Assembly: GCA_050084515.1 (NCBI GenBank)
Contig: CM114271.1
Location: 30,132,001-30,196,000, forward strand
Length of the DNA: 64,000 bases
Reading direction: 5' to 3'
Source of the DNA: Blasia pusilla
Taxonomy: Eukaryota
Positions 1 to 13,982 of the stretch are shown here, one piece after another. Position 1 is the stretch's first letter. Every line of letters starts with the position of its first letter. Made by a program: the position numbers and the translations under genes. The notes under the pieces are model-generated. The model ran no database searches. It was given only the letters and a program-made list of their open reading frames with translations, and was not told the DNA's origin.

Positions 1-59
1 ACTCATGAAATTGTATCCAAAGGAAATGAAAACTTACTTTCTCTTCAGATTTGGCACTC

Positions 60-2460
60 CGCACCAAAATCTCATTGGAGACAACCGAGATTTTTGCAAT
101 CTCCCACCTTTGAAAACGTAGAGGACTATGGAACCCCGGCCTGCCGCCCATCAATCCCCTCCTCTGGATCTATCTCCACCCCACCTCTCAATGGCTCGGT
201 CCTCGCAGCACCCTGAGTCACCACTGCAACAACCTCTATGGGAGCCATATCCATTACACACATCATCGATGGTGCCCACAGATGGGGCAGGTGTGTGAAT
301 GTCACGAGGAGTTGGAGGGGCAACTCTTATGCCGACTTGTAGGGAGTAAGTGTTGACCACGGTTTTGGAGATGGCCACCGCGGTGAGCCAGACTCCTTTA
401 TTTTTCGCAATGGAGTTGGCGAGAGTGGGAGTTAGACCAGCAGAGGTGTTGGCCGCCATGCTGTGTGAGCGTGAAGAGGTGATTATGGGAAGAGACACCC
501 GTCATGGCATGGCTCTCAGTGGGACTATCCTCTACCAAAATTTCCTTCGCATGTGTGTTCTCCTCCAACAACTCTCCTGGCCAACCACCACCATCTGTGA
601 AAGTTGTCAACGTGGTCGATCACCTCGTCCTCCAAACTATACAGGAAATTGACTCATCCGTCCATCGCCTGATCGCCACCCTAGCTGATAAGCAACGGTC
701 TCCTCCCAAAAGTCAAGGATGAATCTTAAGGGATATAACACAGTACTTCCAACCAACACATCGTTCGACTCACATGGTGTCATGATCACACCCGTGCACA
801 CCATTGCACTTTCCATCGCATGCTCACGTTGGACTTTGACAACTATCTCCTTTTGAGTCATATGTTGCGTGGATGATACGCATCCAAAAGAAGTCTATAT
901 TTGGAAGGGACAAGGCTCAATGTTGCCTTTCCATAACCCCAACGCCAAACATGCCACCTTCCCCAACATTAGGGGTTGCGCTCCTTAATCAAGTAGGACG
1001 CGCTGGAGGTGGTACACCCTTCCTATCGGACTAACTAAACGAAACACTCCATCTCAGTTATCTACAACACTACACCTGGTGTCACCATGGCTCGCTCTAT
1101 CATTGCCCTAGCTGACATCTCTACCAACTTCACCACCACAACATGCCATGACTCAGTTGAGGACGTCTCGAGCACCTACACCGAGGGTACGTCCGCCTTT
1201 ATCTCTAAGTAGAGAGAGTCAAGTGACGATAGAGCTTCTAGAACGGAGACGTTGACACCATTGGATACTACACCTGTAGTGTGGCAATGTCCAAAGGAGG
1301 ATGTGAGTCTGAGTGTTAGATCTCTTTGGAGGGATCAACACATTATTAGCACTAGTGCTGTTACAGCCAGACATACGAGTGCATTAGTACATTTAAGTGG
1401 AGAGAGATGAGATTGCATGATGGGTCTCATTGTGCCATGTGGTGAGATTGGTTCAGAGACATCTTAATCTATTGTTGGTATCTGCAATACGAGGTTACCT
1501 ACATTTCGTTGTTGGGGGCGCAAGACCAAGATAGAGTTGGCACCATTCGTTTGGTGATTGCTAGATGGCCATGTCAAGGTTATTTATTACCTGGCCGAGG
1601 ATTTGGATTACAGGATCCAAGGTCAATGATGTTTTGGGAGATGTTGCGAGTATTACGACACTTGCAGGAGAATCAAACATGTCCTCCAATGTACATTCTG
1701 GAGAACGTGCCACTCATGGGAGACACTCGTGCACGGGTGATGACAAGTATGCATCAGGTGAGATTGTGGTTGGGACTTGCCGTATTGCTTGATGTAGCAT
1801 GAGTTGGATTATGCGCACACCGTCCATGGTTGTGGTGGACAAACCTTCACCATCAAAGGTGCTAAGGCAAGCTTCTGATGGAGTTCAGAGAGCACCATAC
1901 TTGATAGTGGATGCAATCTTGGGTCCAAGGCATCGATCTCAAGTGGTGATGTGGGATGATAGAATACTATTGGCAATAGCCAATATGATGGGACAATTGA
2001 GGGCAACTTTACCTATGTTAGTTAACTTCCCAACATCCCATGCCTTTCATTAGTGAGGGCCAAGCATGATTTGGGATAAGGAAATCCAAGCATTAGAAGA
2101 GCCTACTATTGATGAGCGCAAGTGCACCATGGGATTTGCTACGGGTATTATGGTGGTGCCAAATATGACCAAGGCATCACAAAGATGGATCTCAACTGTC
2201 TCACATGGATAGTCAATCTAGGTATGGTTGAGCAAAGAGAGATGAGAGTGTCATCCATGTCGTCACATCCACAAGTTAGCGCAGTGCCTATAGGGTCTGT
2301 AGAGGCATTGGTTGGGGGTGCGGCGAGGAGAGATTGGCACCCATGGACTTCTTGGGACTTTATTCTAGTAGAGAGTGCGGAGGTGACCAGAGTGGCATAT
2401 GTTTATTTTTCAGGTGTAAAACATGATGAGAAAAGTGAGAGTGCAGTGGTTGTGTGAGAG
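60..2460 (+). mobile_element. Degenerate, internally rearranged Ty3/Gypsy element (copy A): post-gag linker, protease (inverted segment about 497-1210) and C5-DNA methyltransferase domain
   Basis: Minus 961-1020 reads RVYHLQRVLLD*GAQPLMLG (aspartic protease LLDSGA motif with a stop). Plus 350-490 VLTTVLEMATAV...AAMLCERE aligns with the pre-protease linker of copies B and C. Plus 1250-2200 carries the DNMT motifs. Confidence 0.85.
1300..2200 (+). pseudogene. DNMT3-like C5 cytosine methyltransferase domain within copy A (frameshifts and stops)
   Basis: Motif I LDLFGGINT (about 1316-1342). Motif IV TIRLVIARWPCQG (PC about 1569-1574). Motif VI YILENVP (about 1692-1712). Motif VIII HRPWLWWTN (about 1817-1845). 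Motif IX EPTIDERKCTMGF (about 2098-2137). Confidence 0.85.
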
Positions 2461-2599
2461 GTGGCTAGGCGTAGCTTGGGATGCAATTAAATTGAAACAA
2501 ATTTTTCTAGTATGACCATAATGCTGGCAAAGATCACAATGGAATAATCGTGGTGCAATGGGGGTTGCTCAAGTGCAATGAGGGATTTATTTACTTGTC

Positions 2600-3300
2600 A
2601 TATCATTTTGGAGGCATTGCTTTACTAATAATATACGTGAATGAGGGACAAGTTTAGTTGTTATCTACTAGACCACTTTTTTATTAGATGGAGGACGTAC
2701 AACACATTCACGCTTCAAGGTTCCTATTATTCTTGGTGAAAGCTCTATTTGCAAGAAAAAATTCAATAGCGATACGACACATGTAATACAAAACGCCTGG
2801 TTATTGCATGGGAAGAGGCGTCATGCATTTGAAGTTGTTAATCTTAATTAATAATCATGGGAGTGATCTCTCAAGACTTGATGGATTTACTATTTGTGGG
2901 AAAAGCTTATAATATTTGGTGATGACTTTCACTAAATCCTCTATATATGCCGTTTGTCACAGGCACCATTCAAAAATTATCCAAGCCACTTTAATACTAT
3001 CATATTTATTGTCCCATATGAGAGTGAAGAAGCTTATTACCAACACGAGAGTTAACAAATTGGAAAGCTGCATATGTATTCATCAACAAACTTTTTCTTA
3101 TTGGTTATTGAAGATGGAAGAGGGTCACATGTCATTGCACTCTTCTTTGGAAGATGATTTTATCCAACTGAAATCACACATGGTTATTTGGAGTAAGAAT
3201 GTAAAAACAAAAATTGATATCATAAATGGGAGTGGCATTCAAAGGTGGAATGACATAAAATTTTTGAGACGTATATCTATTCCCACACCACCAAAACATT
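2600..3300 (+). mobile_element. Helitron PIF1-type helicase remnant
   Basis: LLDGGRTTHSRFKVPI (about 2680-2728) resembles GGRTAHSRFKIP. IIFGDDFH*IL (about 2909-2941) resembles GGDFRQILP. IIQATLILSYLLSHMRVKKLITNTRV...FSYWLLKMEEG resembles IINASLKSSYLW...LTTNMR...FSEWLLKIGEG. Multiple disruptions. Confidence 0.8.
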
Positions 3301-4748
3301 TTTCTAATAATATAAACATAAAAGTCATATCTTGATTTTTTAAACATGTAAATTTTGATATTTCCAAATTCTGTTAAATTATTATTTCATAAAGTAATCC
3401 TTAAGAAAGAAATATACTCTTTTTTAAATTTATTCTAACAAATATATATTATGTATGTGACCAAACTTACCTCAATGTTGACTTTGTTCCAAAATCAACA
3501 TTAGATATATTTATCTAACAAAATTCTTGAATCCATGCTTATCTTTTGGATTGCCTCTACTCCTTTGTGTTTGAAGATTGGTACACATACAATGATTTTA
3601 TAGAATATGAATTTTGCAAAAGGACAAGAAAATGATATTTGATCGGTGATTCATGGATTCATGCGACATATCTAGATATTGCAATTCTTATAGGGAAGAA
3701 CGTTAAATATCAAGTTTGCATTCTGCATATCCCATTGATTGCTTTTGACTCATATTTGCCTTCTAATTATGTAGATGTCGATTTCCTATCTATCTAACTG
3801 TTTTCCTAAATTTAATAAGTGGATCTCTCACAATTATATTTAATCTTGTGTATGAGGATAATGAACGAGTGCATGTTATTAGTCTAACTGAAAGTCCATC
3901 ACAATAAGTAGGACTAATTTCTCTACACTCAAGTATAGTTCTAATGAAAATTATATAAAGAAATTATTTCCACTTGCCTTAGGATATTCCATGAATGCCC
4001 ATAAGAGTCAAGGCTAGCGCTCAATGGTTATCGACCCTTATCTCCTAGTTGATTTAGTATGACCTTGTCGCTAATGTTTCACCACCACAAACCAATAATT
4101 TTCGTTCTACACTACAATCTCCTAGCAAGACGAAATGCACTTAGTATCTATTGTTCAAAGGCATGTACCCTACATACTTGTCTTTCAATTGATTGTCATT
4201 TCAGGAAATTCATCTGGGATAGCTACCACTAAATTTGCCCTCTCTTCATACTTGGAAGTTAATTTCTCACCGTGCACACAAGCCAACCTTTTTTAATGCT
4301 AACTATAGCTATATCTTCCTAGGATTTCTTGGAGCATTTTTGGAATCAATTTTTTTCCATGGCTACTCAAATATTTGATTCCAAATTTCGTATTTTGATG
4401 CACGATATCTTATATATTTCTCTTTTTAGATATAATCTTAGGATTTTCAATGGATGCAATTACTTAAACATGTCCAAATTAGATCTATATTCTTTTCATG
4501 CATTCAATATCTCTTCTTGCTATAATTTTTTTTTGGTAATCAATCATTGCTTTATCCTTTTTCTAAATGGCAAGTCATTCTTGTATTGTTATCCATTCAC
4601 CATCCTTATATCATTCAATCATTTCGCCTCTATTCCTAATTAAGTCAATTTCTCCATTCTTCCTTAGAATATTTCAACAGTTCAATCTGCCGTTCTTACT
4701 TGCTAATCAACCATGTTGAAATTGGATTATTTACCTTCATTGTATCAG

Positions 4749-4915
4749 CCTGAATGCTTAAACACCATGGACAGGCTCGTGGAAGACGTGGACAACTACG
4801 ACCTTGTGTTCCTTATCGGGGACATAAGTTACTCAAATGGATACGTACCACAATGGGATCAGTTCATTTAGCAAGTGGAAGAGATATCTTCTAGTGTGCC
4901 ATTGATGAATGCTAG
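4749..4915 (+). pseudogene. Orphan exon of a purple acid phosphatase / nucleotide pyrophosphatase (PAP1/24/27-like)
   Basis: After a cag acceptor it reads PECLNTMDRLVEDVDNYDLVFLIGDISYSNGYVPQWDQFI*QVEEISSSVPLMNA, containing the metallophosphoesterase GDxxY motif. It has an in-frame TAG and no GT donor, and no other PAP exons were seen. Confidence 0.8.
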
Positions 4916-6642
4916 ATATTCATATTTGGGATGACACTCATAATGTCGATTCATACCATCATAGATACACGGGAGATGCTGCAAATTTGGATAACTATAT
5001 TCATGGAGTTCCAAATCAGAAACACTTCCATCCGTTCAACTTTGGATGAGGCTGAAGAACACTCAATCCGCTCTACCAATTGAAGTCATCGTTCTCACGG
5101 ATATGTTATAGCTTGAGCACGAAGCAAATAGGAATTAACATAGCTGAGTTGAATGATGTCAAGTAGCAATTAGAAGATGCTAGGGCTCAATTCAAAGACG
5201 TCTTGATCAATGTCGAGAACTACATTCAACATGACCCCAAACTTGCTCTCCACACTTCTGTCATTTAGTCTCTTCTTTGTTGGTGGTGCTTGATTGCATT
5301 CAACTGCAGGTTTTCTACAAGAACATTTTATGTGCTCAGATTTTGATTGGATAATACTGTAAAACACTCAAGTTATTCACTTTTCCATATCAAGACTTCG
5401 ATTCCTTCAAAACTATGTACATCTACCCATTCTCTATTCATCCATTTTCTCTTTCAAGTTCATCTCATGGATTTGCTATTTTGCACTATTCCCACTATGC
5501 CCAATGCATTTTTTTCTTCGTAACAACAGTGCCCGATAAATGTCGTCAATACAAAGGCACTCATTCGTCCATTCAAATCCAAATTGTGAAATCAAAATAT
5601 GCTCACTAGAACTAGTATCCGCTACCCCCCTATTCTCATGTTTCTTCAAGCCCACGGAGGTCTATTAAGCATACTACCTATTAATTTAGCTTTGCCTACT
5701 TGGTCATTGATGTCCCCCTATTTTGCATGCAAGTGGAATGCCTTTTCAAATTATGCCAAGTCCTGCTTCACAAAGTATTGCGCAACAACTTCGATATACG
5801 GCACATGTAGCACACTCCAACCCGTTGCAATATCTCATCCTCTTCGCTTTGCTCCACTCTTGCGCATGTGGTAATGTCCCTTTCATGTTCTCCTTAGGCC
5901 ACTATTGACTCATTTTTTTTCTTTTGCTCCGCTCACGGCCTCTAATAATCATTTATCCCTTAATTCGGGCTTGTTTCATTTTACAATGCCCCGTACTTAC
6001 TTTTTCTATTCAAGGCCATTTCCATCCATGTAACCACACTAGTATGATGCATGTGCTATGCGCGGGCGGGTGAGGGGAAAAGTTTTCTGGATCCCTCAAC
6101 ATAATTACTTCTTAAATCTAATTATTAACTCGTGAGCACTAAAAGAAGTATCAAAAGACAAGTTTCAACATCTCATAGGTTTCTATGTTGATAGTTTAGA
6201 TAGATGGAAATGTTTTTTTCTTTTGTAAGATTTCATAATAAGAAAACTTGTGTTTGACACGTGCTGTACACTAGTACCCATCGTGTATGTCGCTACTACA
6301 TGGAGGTGCGGGCCGGACGGGATTGGTACGTCAGCGCGTTTGGAGCCGGACGAAATGAAGAACGATGAGAAGTCCTAATCTAGGGAGGAAGGATACGACT
6401 GGAGCAGTGGGGTGAGAGCGGAAAATCTGACTAAGAAAACTGCTTTGTTTCAATCTACCATGGCTGGAGGTCGAGATGGGAGAAGCTTTTCAATTTGTAT
6501 GGTGGCCGAAATGAGGAATGGTAATTGCAGGAGCAGCAATCACTGCACTGGGTAAGAGAAAGTGAAGGGTTACAAATTCAGTCATAGAATCATGCTGGCC
6601 AGCAGGAGTATGTAGAGAGCTGGTAAAACTCTTACCATCACA

Positions 6643-9600
6643 ATGGGTGTACCTGTGATAAGTTCTACTCTCCAAGAACTGCTTCCTCTATCCGGTCCAG
6701 GAACTCTTGATGAGTCCGCTCTGCTTGCAGCATCCGATTTGATAACACTTTTGGACAAAATTAGGATACGGCAGGAAGGAATCAAAGAGAAGGTCCAAAA
6801 GACTGTTACGACCTACAACAAGGAATTTTTCCGAATCATTTCACAATCGAACAGGACTGCTTTAGATGTTGAAAGCGTGTCCCAGGAATTACGGCTTCTT
6901 CTGGAACTTTTAGGTCAGAAAGTCGGAGATGGCTCTACCCGGAATTTTGCAGATTGCACTAGTGCGAGATCTTCAGGAAGGAAATCTGTTTATCTGGAGA
7001 GTTCAAGCTTCTCAGACAGTTTGAACAGATCACAAAACCTCGATACGGTTTCTGATGCAATCGAAAATGAATCTGATGTTAGCGTTAAGGTTCCGCTAGA
7101 CGTGGAAATATGCCTTTTAGCGTCAGAAGTTCAAAGACTTAAGAGCAGGGTACAGGAGCGTGAAGAAGCACTAGTTGTGGTGGAGACAATTTCCATTCTG
7201 CACGGCCTGCTATTGGCTACAGAGAAGATGTTCCTTGACAATGAGTTAGTGAAGGCGGCTAGAAACATGTGCATCCTCCAACAGAAACTGGGAATCCTGG
7301 TAGGAGACACTGATATACCACGTCCAGTCGAGGTGGATGATGTCAGAGCTTTCAAACTTCTTCAGGATGCATGGTCAGATCGCTACAACAAGGTGTGAAG
7401 AACTCCGACCGAGAAATTCAGCTCTAAAGTATTTTCTGTTTCCTGTATGATCTTATCTCACCTGATAATTCGTTTATATTTCTACCCTCTACTGGCCTTC
7501 TATCCCTAAAGGCTCTAGTATCGATTTAGCACACCATGGATGTATGACAGTAGTCTAAAATGGCACCTACAGTTCATTGGCATCTTGGAGGAGGCGGTTT
7601 CAAGAAAAATCTTGCTTGACGACAGCAGATCAGAGCTCTCGGTGACCTTCGAAGCTGAACATGAGCCAAGAAAAGGTGGGGTGGGTCATGGTTCAGTGAA
7701 TCTGCCTGCTGTCTTCACTGCAATGGATGTAAGTCAACATTCCTTTCATCGTACCGTAGGCTCAAAAATCACAGAAAGTCTTAAGTAATAGGGAAGTAGG
7801 TTCTTTGTCCAGTTTCTATCGTGTGCGTGATCTATCAGTCTAATAGTGTCTATTATTACTGATTCATTAAAAATTTATTGACTCCAAGACGTGGGGTCGG
7901 ACAATTTCAGTGAAAATGACTGGCATGTTCCGAATTCAGTTCTACTTTAATTTGGTTACCTACTGACATGCCTAATTGATGTGAAATTGTATAATCAAAT
8001 TTTGTTGGCGGTACAGATCATGGGAGTTCTAGATGCCAGGCTTGCAAGGCTTGGAGACACTGTTTACAAAAATATCTTGGGTCCACTTTTGAAGAATCCG
8101 CAAATAATCGTATCTACAATAGAACATGGAGATCCTGCTGACCTGCCATCAAGTTGTGTACTGAAGTGGCCATCAAGCTCACAGACTGAGGTGAAACATG
8201 TGAAACGTTGCGATTCTAAAAACGATCAACAACAAAGAATACAGGCTTTGTGATAGGAAGTTTGTGAGACATTGTATGGTGATGGTTTTTTAAAGCTGTT
8301 CATTTGCAACAGAAACTGTCTGCCTTACAACATTTTGGCAAGTCTAGACAATTTCTAAGTGCTGAACTGTTTCTTCACATCACAAACCTTGGAGACAATT
8401 AGTCTAATAGCTAATCTTTGGAAAGCTTATCTTGAAGAATCTGAGACTATTCTTTATTTTAACCATGCCACATCTTAAACTGCTGTGTGTATCGTTTCTT
8501 GTATTTGTGTCTCTCAAGGTCGATGTAGTCCAGTATGGACAGCTGATTACACACCTTGGTTAATGCTTGCTTCTCCCTGGAAGAAGCCTACACTCTTCCA
8601 CAAATGTAAAACTGCAAATCTCATTTCTCGACTGACCATGTGAATCTGTGATAGGGCCCAGGTACAGAAACTGTGGCAGTTGTGTATCCAAAAATCCTGC
8701 AGGTCATAAAGTTCTTACACAACCAGGTCTTTGACAACCATAAAGAATGGATGGGCCGCTTTGGCCGTGTGTTTTGGCCGAGACTTGCAGAGGCTATTAT
8801 TTCTGGGTGCCTGAGCAAGGTGATCATTCTAACATTTGTGAATTTTTCCGGGTAATATTTGCTCCACTCCAATGATGACCTAATTGATGTGATGAAGTAC
8901 ATGAAGTAAAGTGAGAAGACTTTGTGATGGAATCTTTGGCCCTTTGATGTGCAGGCAGTCCCAAATGAAACTTCTCAACTTAAAGACTTTCATACCATTG
9001 CTGAGCTAACAGCAAAGTTTGAGAAAGATCTAGCAAGTCAGGGTCTTATTTCAAACTTTGATGCAAGTAGAGGTGACAAATTGAGCACTTTCACATCAGA
9101 TGTAGAGGTCCACTTTGCATTGAAGAAGAAGAAATATGTGCTAGCGAAAGCCAGAGATTTGCTCATGCAATCGGAGTACAGTTTATTGGTAAGTTTGAAC
9201 GAACCAATTTATCCTAATTGCTTCACTATTTTTTATATTTTAAGTACAGAAATTTCTTTCAATAATAGTCTGCGCAGGTGCTACTTCCATGAGGTACATT
9301 TATCTGTTATTCATTTGCAGAGGTGATGTTTATACCCTTTTCAAAGTTGTACATTGGTCCATGACTGTATGGTTGCTTATTTGTTTTGATCAGATTCAAT
9401 GTACTATTAGATTTCAAGACTATGAGGGCATGCTAGGTTATGGAATATTGGAGGATGTAATATCAAATTTTAACCTAAGTTTCCTTGCTCTTTATCGTCA
9501 AGTAGAGGAGTTCATGGGAAAGCTTCAACAGTCGGGAAAAGGAAAGAACTGATCCAGATACAGATCGGTCTATATTCTTGCTCTCAGACCCTTGTGCAAT

Positions 9601-12600
9601 CAGTGTGCTGGCGAGATCACTGTTGGAGATTGTCCATGAGGCACTAGAGGTATGAGAGGTAGTTTGTCATTATCTGGTCTTCATTGTGGACCTTTATCAA
9701 TTTTGTTTTGTATGGCTGGATGTTTGGGCTAAGCAAGGGTTGGCTATTGGAACACATCATTATGGTTATGCCTTCAAGGAATGAAACTGTCCTTCCTAAG
9801 CATCATTGCAAAACAGTAGAATGATGAATGTCACAAAGAAAACATCTCTTGCATATCTCACTGACATGTGTAAACTACTGATGCTAAATTTCTCCTCGGT
9901 TGTGAAAAGCCAGTCTAACCTTTTGTCTATATATAGTGTAGCTGTCTTTGTATATCAAATGGTAGGAGTGGATGCTCAAATGTGAAGAACCTTTTCTGTT
10001 CCTAGGAAATGTTTTCATTAGTTGGAGATAATTGCTGGACTAAAACTCATTCCTTAATATCGTCCTGCCAAAAGCTCACTTCTTTTTTGTGCAGGATGCA
10101 TGCTTGTCAACACCAATAACAGCTCTAGAACTTTATCATGCTTCTCGAGATGTAGTTCTTCTTTACCGCGCGATTATCCCAGTCAAGGTGCTGAACTTGT
10201 ATTTTTGTTGCTGCACACGCAGCCTCATGTTTATAGGGCTTGTTAGGGTGTGTCAAAGCAGGGTAACATGGCTTTTTTAATGTAGTTTTCCAGTATTACT
10301 TTACTCATTTGGGAACAGTATCATACCAAAAGTTCCTCTCCTAGGTCCTTTTCCAGTCTCTCCTATCTTTTTAGATCGAGTCCAGCCTTGACACATCCTG
10401 TTCCTTCCACTTGTAGATGTTTATGTACACGAGTGCAGATATAGACAGTTGATAAGGGTTCATAATCCTTGGCAAGTCAGAAAGCGGGGTTCCTACTTAA
10501 TGAACTTTTGTATCCTGCTTTCGTTTGATTCCTCACAGCTAGGTTCAAAGCTGAGCAGCTTAAGCGAAGTTGCAGCATTATGTCACAATGACTGCTTGTA
10601 CATGGCACACGAGCTACTTACTTTTGTGTACCAGGTGTGTTGACTGTACTGTTACTTTGTAATTTCTCTTACCACAGTCTATATTCTCCCTCACGAGATT
10701 TGCTTGTATCTTTTGAAGGTTAGGAACAGATTAGATGGAAATGAGTGTGTTGTACTTAGACCACTTGGCATGCAGCTGTCTCTCTACTTTTGGAGTGAGA
10801 CGATGCACTCTGGATGGTCATTGTGACTGCGATAGTAGGATGGTTTTGGAAAGTGAAGTGATGGACCACATTAGTGAAGCTAGCATGTACTTATTAAGCA
10901 CACCCTGGCATATACTCCTTTGGAAGCCCTGGTGGTAACTCGGATGGTCAATGAGGAATCGAGGATGAGCTCAACCTGAAGGAGGATGGAGAGCACATAA
11001 CTTTTGTTGCATGGAACCTATTTCAGGGTACACAGATGTGTCGTCTCTCAACTTCTCAGGGAGTTCTTTGGCTATACTTGAGCTACACTGATCATGCAGC
11101 ATCTTGAAGCTCAGCCTGGGCACCTAAGAGGAGAGAATTCACTTGTATCTACCTATATGACTTTATTCTGATCCCCATTTGTAAAATCCCGCAGTGGACT
11201 TGTTTCTGCAGTATCAGGAAGCATTGCCTGCGAGCCTGAAGGAGCTATTTACGTTTGTGGACCTGGTACCACTATTTCGTCAGATGGCAAAGGAGGTTTT
11301 TGACCAGCAAATCACCCACTTGACAGCTGATCTCATGCAGGTAACTTGTGTAACTTTAAATTTAAAGAACCTACTGAAAGCACTATTGTGCCCTGAGCAC
11401 ATGGAATAATTTCCAAGAGGATGCTAGGCATTGTTCATTTTGAAACCGGATGGGAGGTCTCCTCGTTGGAGTGTTGTGAAGCATCATTAGTCGGGCAGAG
11501 GTTGGAGAGCCCAATTCTTGTTTATAAAGGGAAAATTGAACTCATGTGTTTTCTTGTGAGAATTACTTGGCTCATATTACCACCAGCCTATGGTGAAGTT
11601 GAGGGTGTTCCTGGCTGTTAATTTGATTCAAGAATACTGCAGCTGATTACACTATGAACATTATGTGGCCAAATCTGCTCCAGATTCTTGATCGTGCCCG
11701 TGGATTCCGATATACCGATGATCAATATGAAGTCACCCAACAAGCTCTTGAAGAAGTTTGTTCTTGCTTCCCTTATTCGATCATCGGGCTTCGAGTATCC
11801 AGCATAGATTCTAAGTGTTTGCTTTAGAAACATTATTCTGTCCACTTTCTTTATGATTTTAGTCATTTGGTATTTTGTGCTAGTTCTTAATCATTACAAT
11901 AAAAGTGTATCTCAGGCGTTTCCCTCACTCCGTGAACTGCTTTAGTTCAGACAAGGAGCTCTGCATTTTTAAATTAGTTGATTAGTGTTCAATGGTTGAA
12001 ATTGTTACCAAAAGCTTGGAACAGGTGTTCGTTTGTAACTTAACAGGGTGAATAAGCCTTGAATCTAAACTACACTTTGGGATGTTGTACAACAAAAGTG
12101 TCTGTGAGTTAAGTAGTTAATAAGTTTTATGATATTGCTACTTCTGATGGCTGAATCTGTAAATTCACTTGAGTTTATTTTATGTAGGTACTCATAAAAT
12201 TCCAGAATATTGCTACATCTTGGAAGCCAGTGCTGCCATTCAACTTGTTCAAGAAGGTTGCAGGTGGTTTGATCAACGTTGTGGTCTGGAGGATTGTCTG
12301 TGAAGTACTTTCTATCAATGACATTGCAGTCCAGGAGGCAGTTCAGGTCGGTTTTTCTCAAGCAACTTCTTCCAATGGCCCTAAACCTTGTACAAGAAAT
12401 TGGAATTCATGTGCAGAAAACTTCCTAGTGATTTGGAGAGTGACATATTGTAGGGCCTGATCTACTGCCCACCATTTCACTAGGATGAAGTTCCTATGAG
12501 ATCATGAGGATTTGACCACCTGGCTCCATGAGATCATTTGACCATTGGCTCTTTCCAGCTGATGCACTGTGCTCTCTGCACCATCCTTCCTTTTGCAGCT

Positions 12601-13738
12601 CCAAGAACTGTTACTTCTCATTCAAGAGAAACTTCCAACTGTTTTAGCACCACCAGTTGTGGATGAGCTCGGGGACCAGGAAACAAAGGATGATGTTTCC
12701 CCCAAAGAAGCAGTGGCCGAATTGGTCCCAGCCTGGCGCAAGCTGGATAGCCTTATAAGTAAGACTCTTCTAGTTTATGATCTGCCAACACCCAATCTTT
12801 GAAAAATCGTAATGTGGTAAAGTGTGGGATGTCATTCAACATCAAGCAATCCTTGTGCTTGGGTCTCTTGCAGATTTTCGAGGACCGGATTGTGGGATTT
12901 TTTTTCTTATTTGGGGGGCTCATGCTTGACTGTCATGGATCCAAAGTGTGTATTTCTGTATAGGATTGTATGACTAGAATTGCAACGTCAAACTTTCCAG
13001 AGAGATATTGGTAGAGTAACGCTAGCTAATCCCTGTGGCTACACAGATCAATTCTCAATTGTTTTTCTTTGTGGATACGTTTTCCTTCTGATGATTAACT
13101 CGTACTGTCCTCCTAATTCAACTGTCTCAACACCATAAGTAATTTAGGCCGTACCTTTCTTCTGGGTTTCTTTGAGTGACTCACACATAGAAATTTACCA
13201 TGAAAAACTGATTTATCTTCTAGAGTAAGAGAATATTTTGCTCTCAAGTAAATTAACTAGTGCCACAACAGATTAGGGATACAAGGGAATAACAACTATA
13301 CTATCAGTGCAAAAAAACTGCCAGATAACTTACAGACAATGAAAAAAGATGTTTGATCTCATCCACGTTTCTGACACCAGACTCCCGATGGTGCAGATTT
13401 ATTAGACATGTCTCTGGTAACTATAACCCAGGCATGGGAGAGTGGAGACTTAATTTCTCGTGGCTTTACTGCTTCTGAGGTACAGAGAGACGCTCTTTTC
13501 TTCGTTTGAGTTACCAGGATGCTTTGTTTGATTGCCAGAGAACAAAGAAAGCTTTGTTCGAGTTCCCATGATGTTCGTTGTTTGTGTTCGTTGTGATATC
13601 CATTGTATTTCAAACTTTGTGATGACTGAGTTGAGTGGGACCTTTTGAATGCAGGTGCAGAAGTTCATTAGAGCAATATTTTCTGAGACAGCTCTGCGAG
13701 AGGAGTGTGTTCAAAGAATAGGAAGACATCGAAGTTGA
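6643..13738 (+). CDS. ZW10: Centromere/kinetochore protein ZW10 homolog (RZZ / Dsl1-NRZ tethering complex subunit), about 832 aa, 14 coding exons
   Basis: GT-AG exons read manually: 6643-7392, 7573-7728, 8017-8190, 8655-8819, 8955-9188, 9506-9649, 10095-10187, 10539-10634, 11212-11340, 11684-11755, 12188-12346, 12599-12758, 13397-13479, 13655-13738, joining in frame. Typical ZW10 segments include AALCHNDCLYMAH, FVDLVPLFRQMA and the C-terminal LLDMSLVTITQAWESG...EVQKFIRAIFSETALREECVQRI. Confidence 0.92.
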
Positions 13739-13948
13739 CAACCTGTGGGTTATCTAAGTATTTCTAGTCAGCCGCCTCAAAGTTAGTCTTTTCCATACTC
13801 ATTCAGACCCACGTGTAAGTTTTCAGGGTTTGGATTTGTCCAACTCTTTCAGAGTTCTTTCAAAGCTCCATTGTACATGCTGCTTACCCATTCCAAGTCC
13901 TTCTAGAAGTTATTCGGTGGCAGTACTTGTTCATTAAACAGGCACTGA

Positions 13949-13982
13949 TGAACTTGAGAGACGGATAGGTCTCTCAAGTTCA
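13949..13982. repeat. Perfect 14-bp stem hairpin about 210 bp downstream of the ZW10 stop
   Basis: tgaacttgagagac-ggatag-gtctctcaagttca. Confidence 0.85.

Noticed and set aside
1509-1802. ORF with PCQ/ENV motifs as a host DNA methyltransferase gene or a bacterial restriction-modification methylase
   Set aside because: It has no introns and many stops, recurs three times embedded between Gypsy protease and RT regions, and no restriction enzyme or prokaryotic context is present.
3550-4300. Possible further Helitron Rep-region remnant on the minus strand
   Set aside because: Only vague resemblance; no motif is legible enough to support a call.
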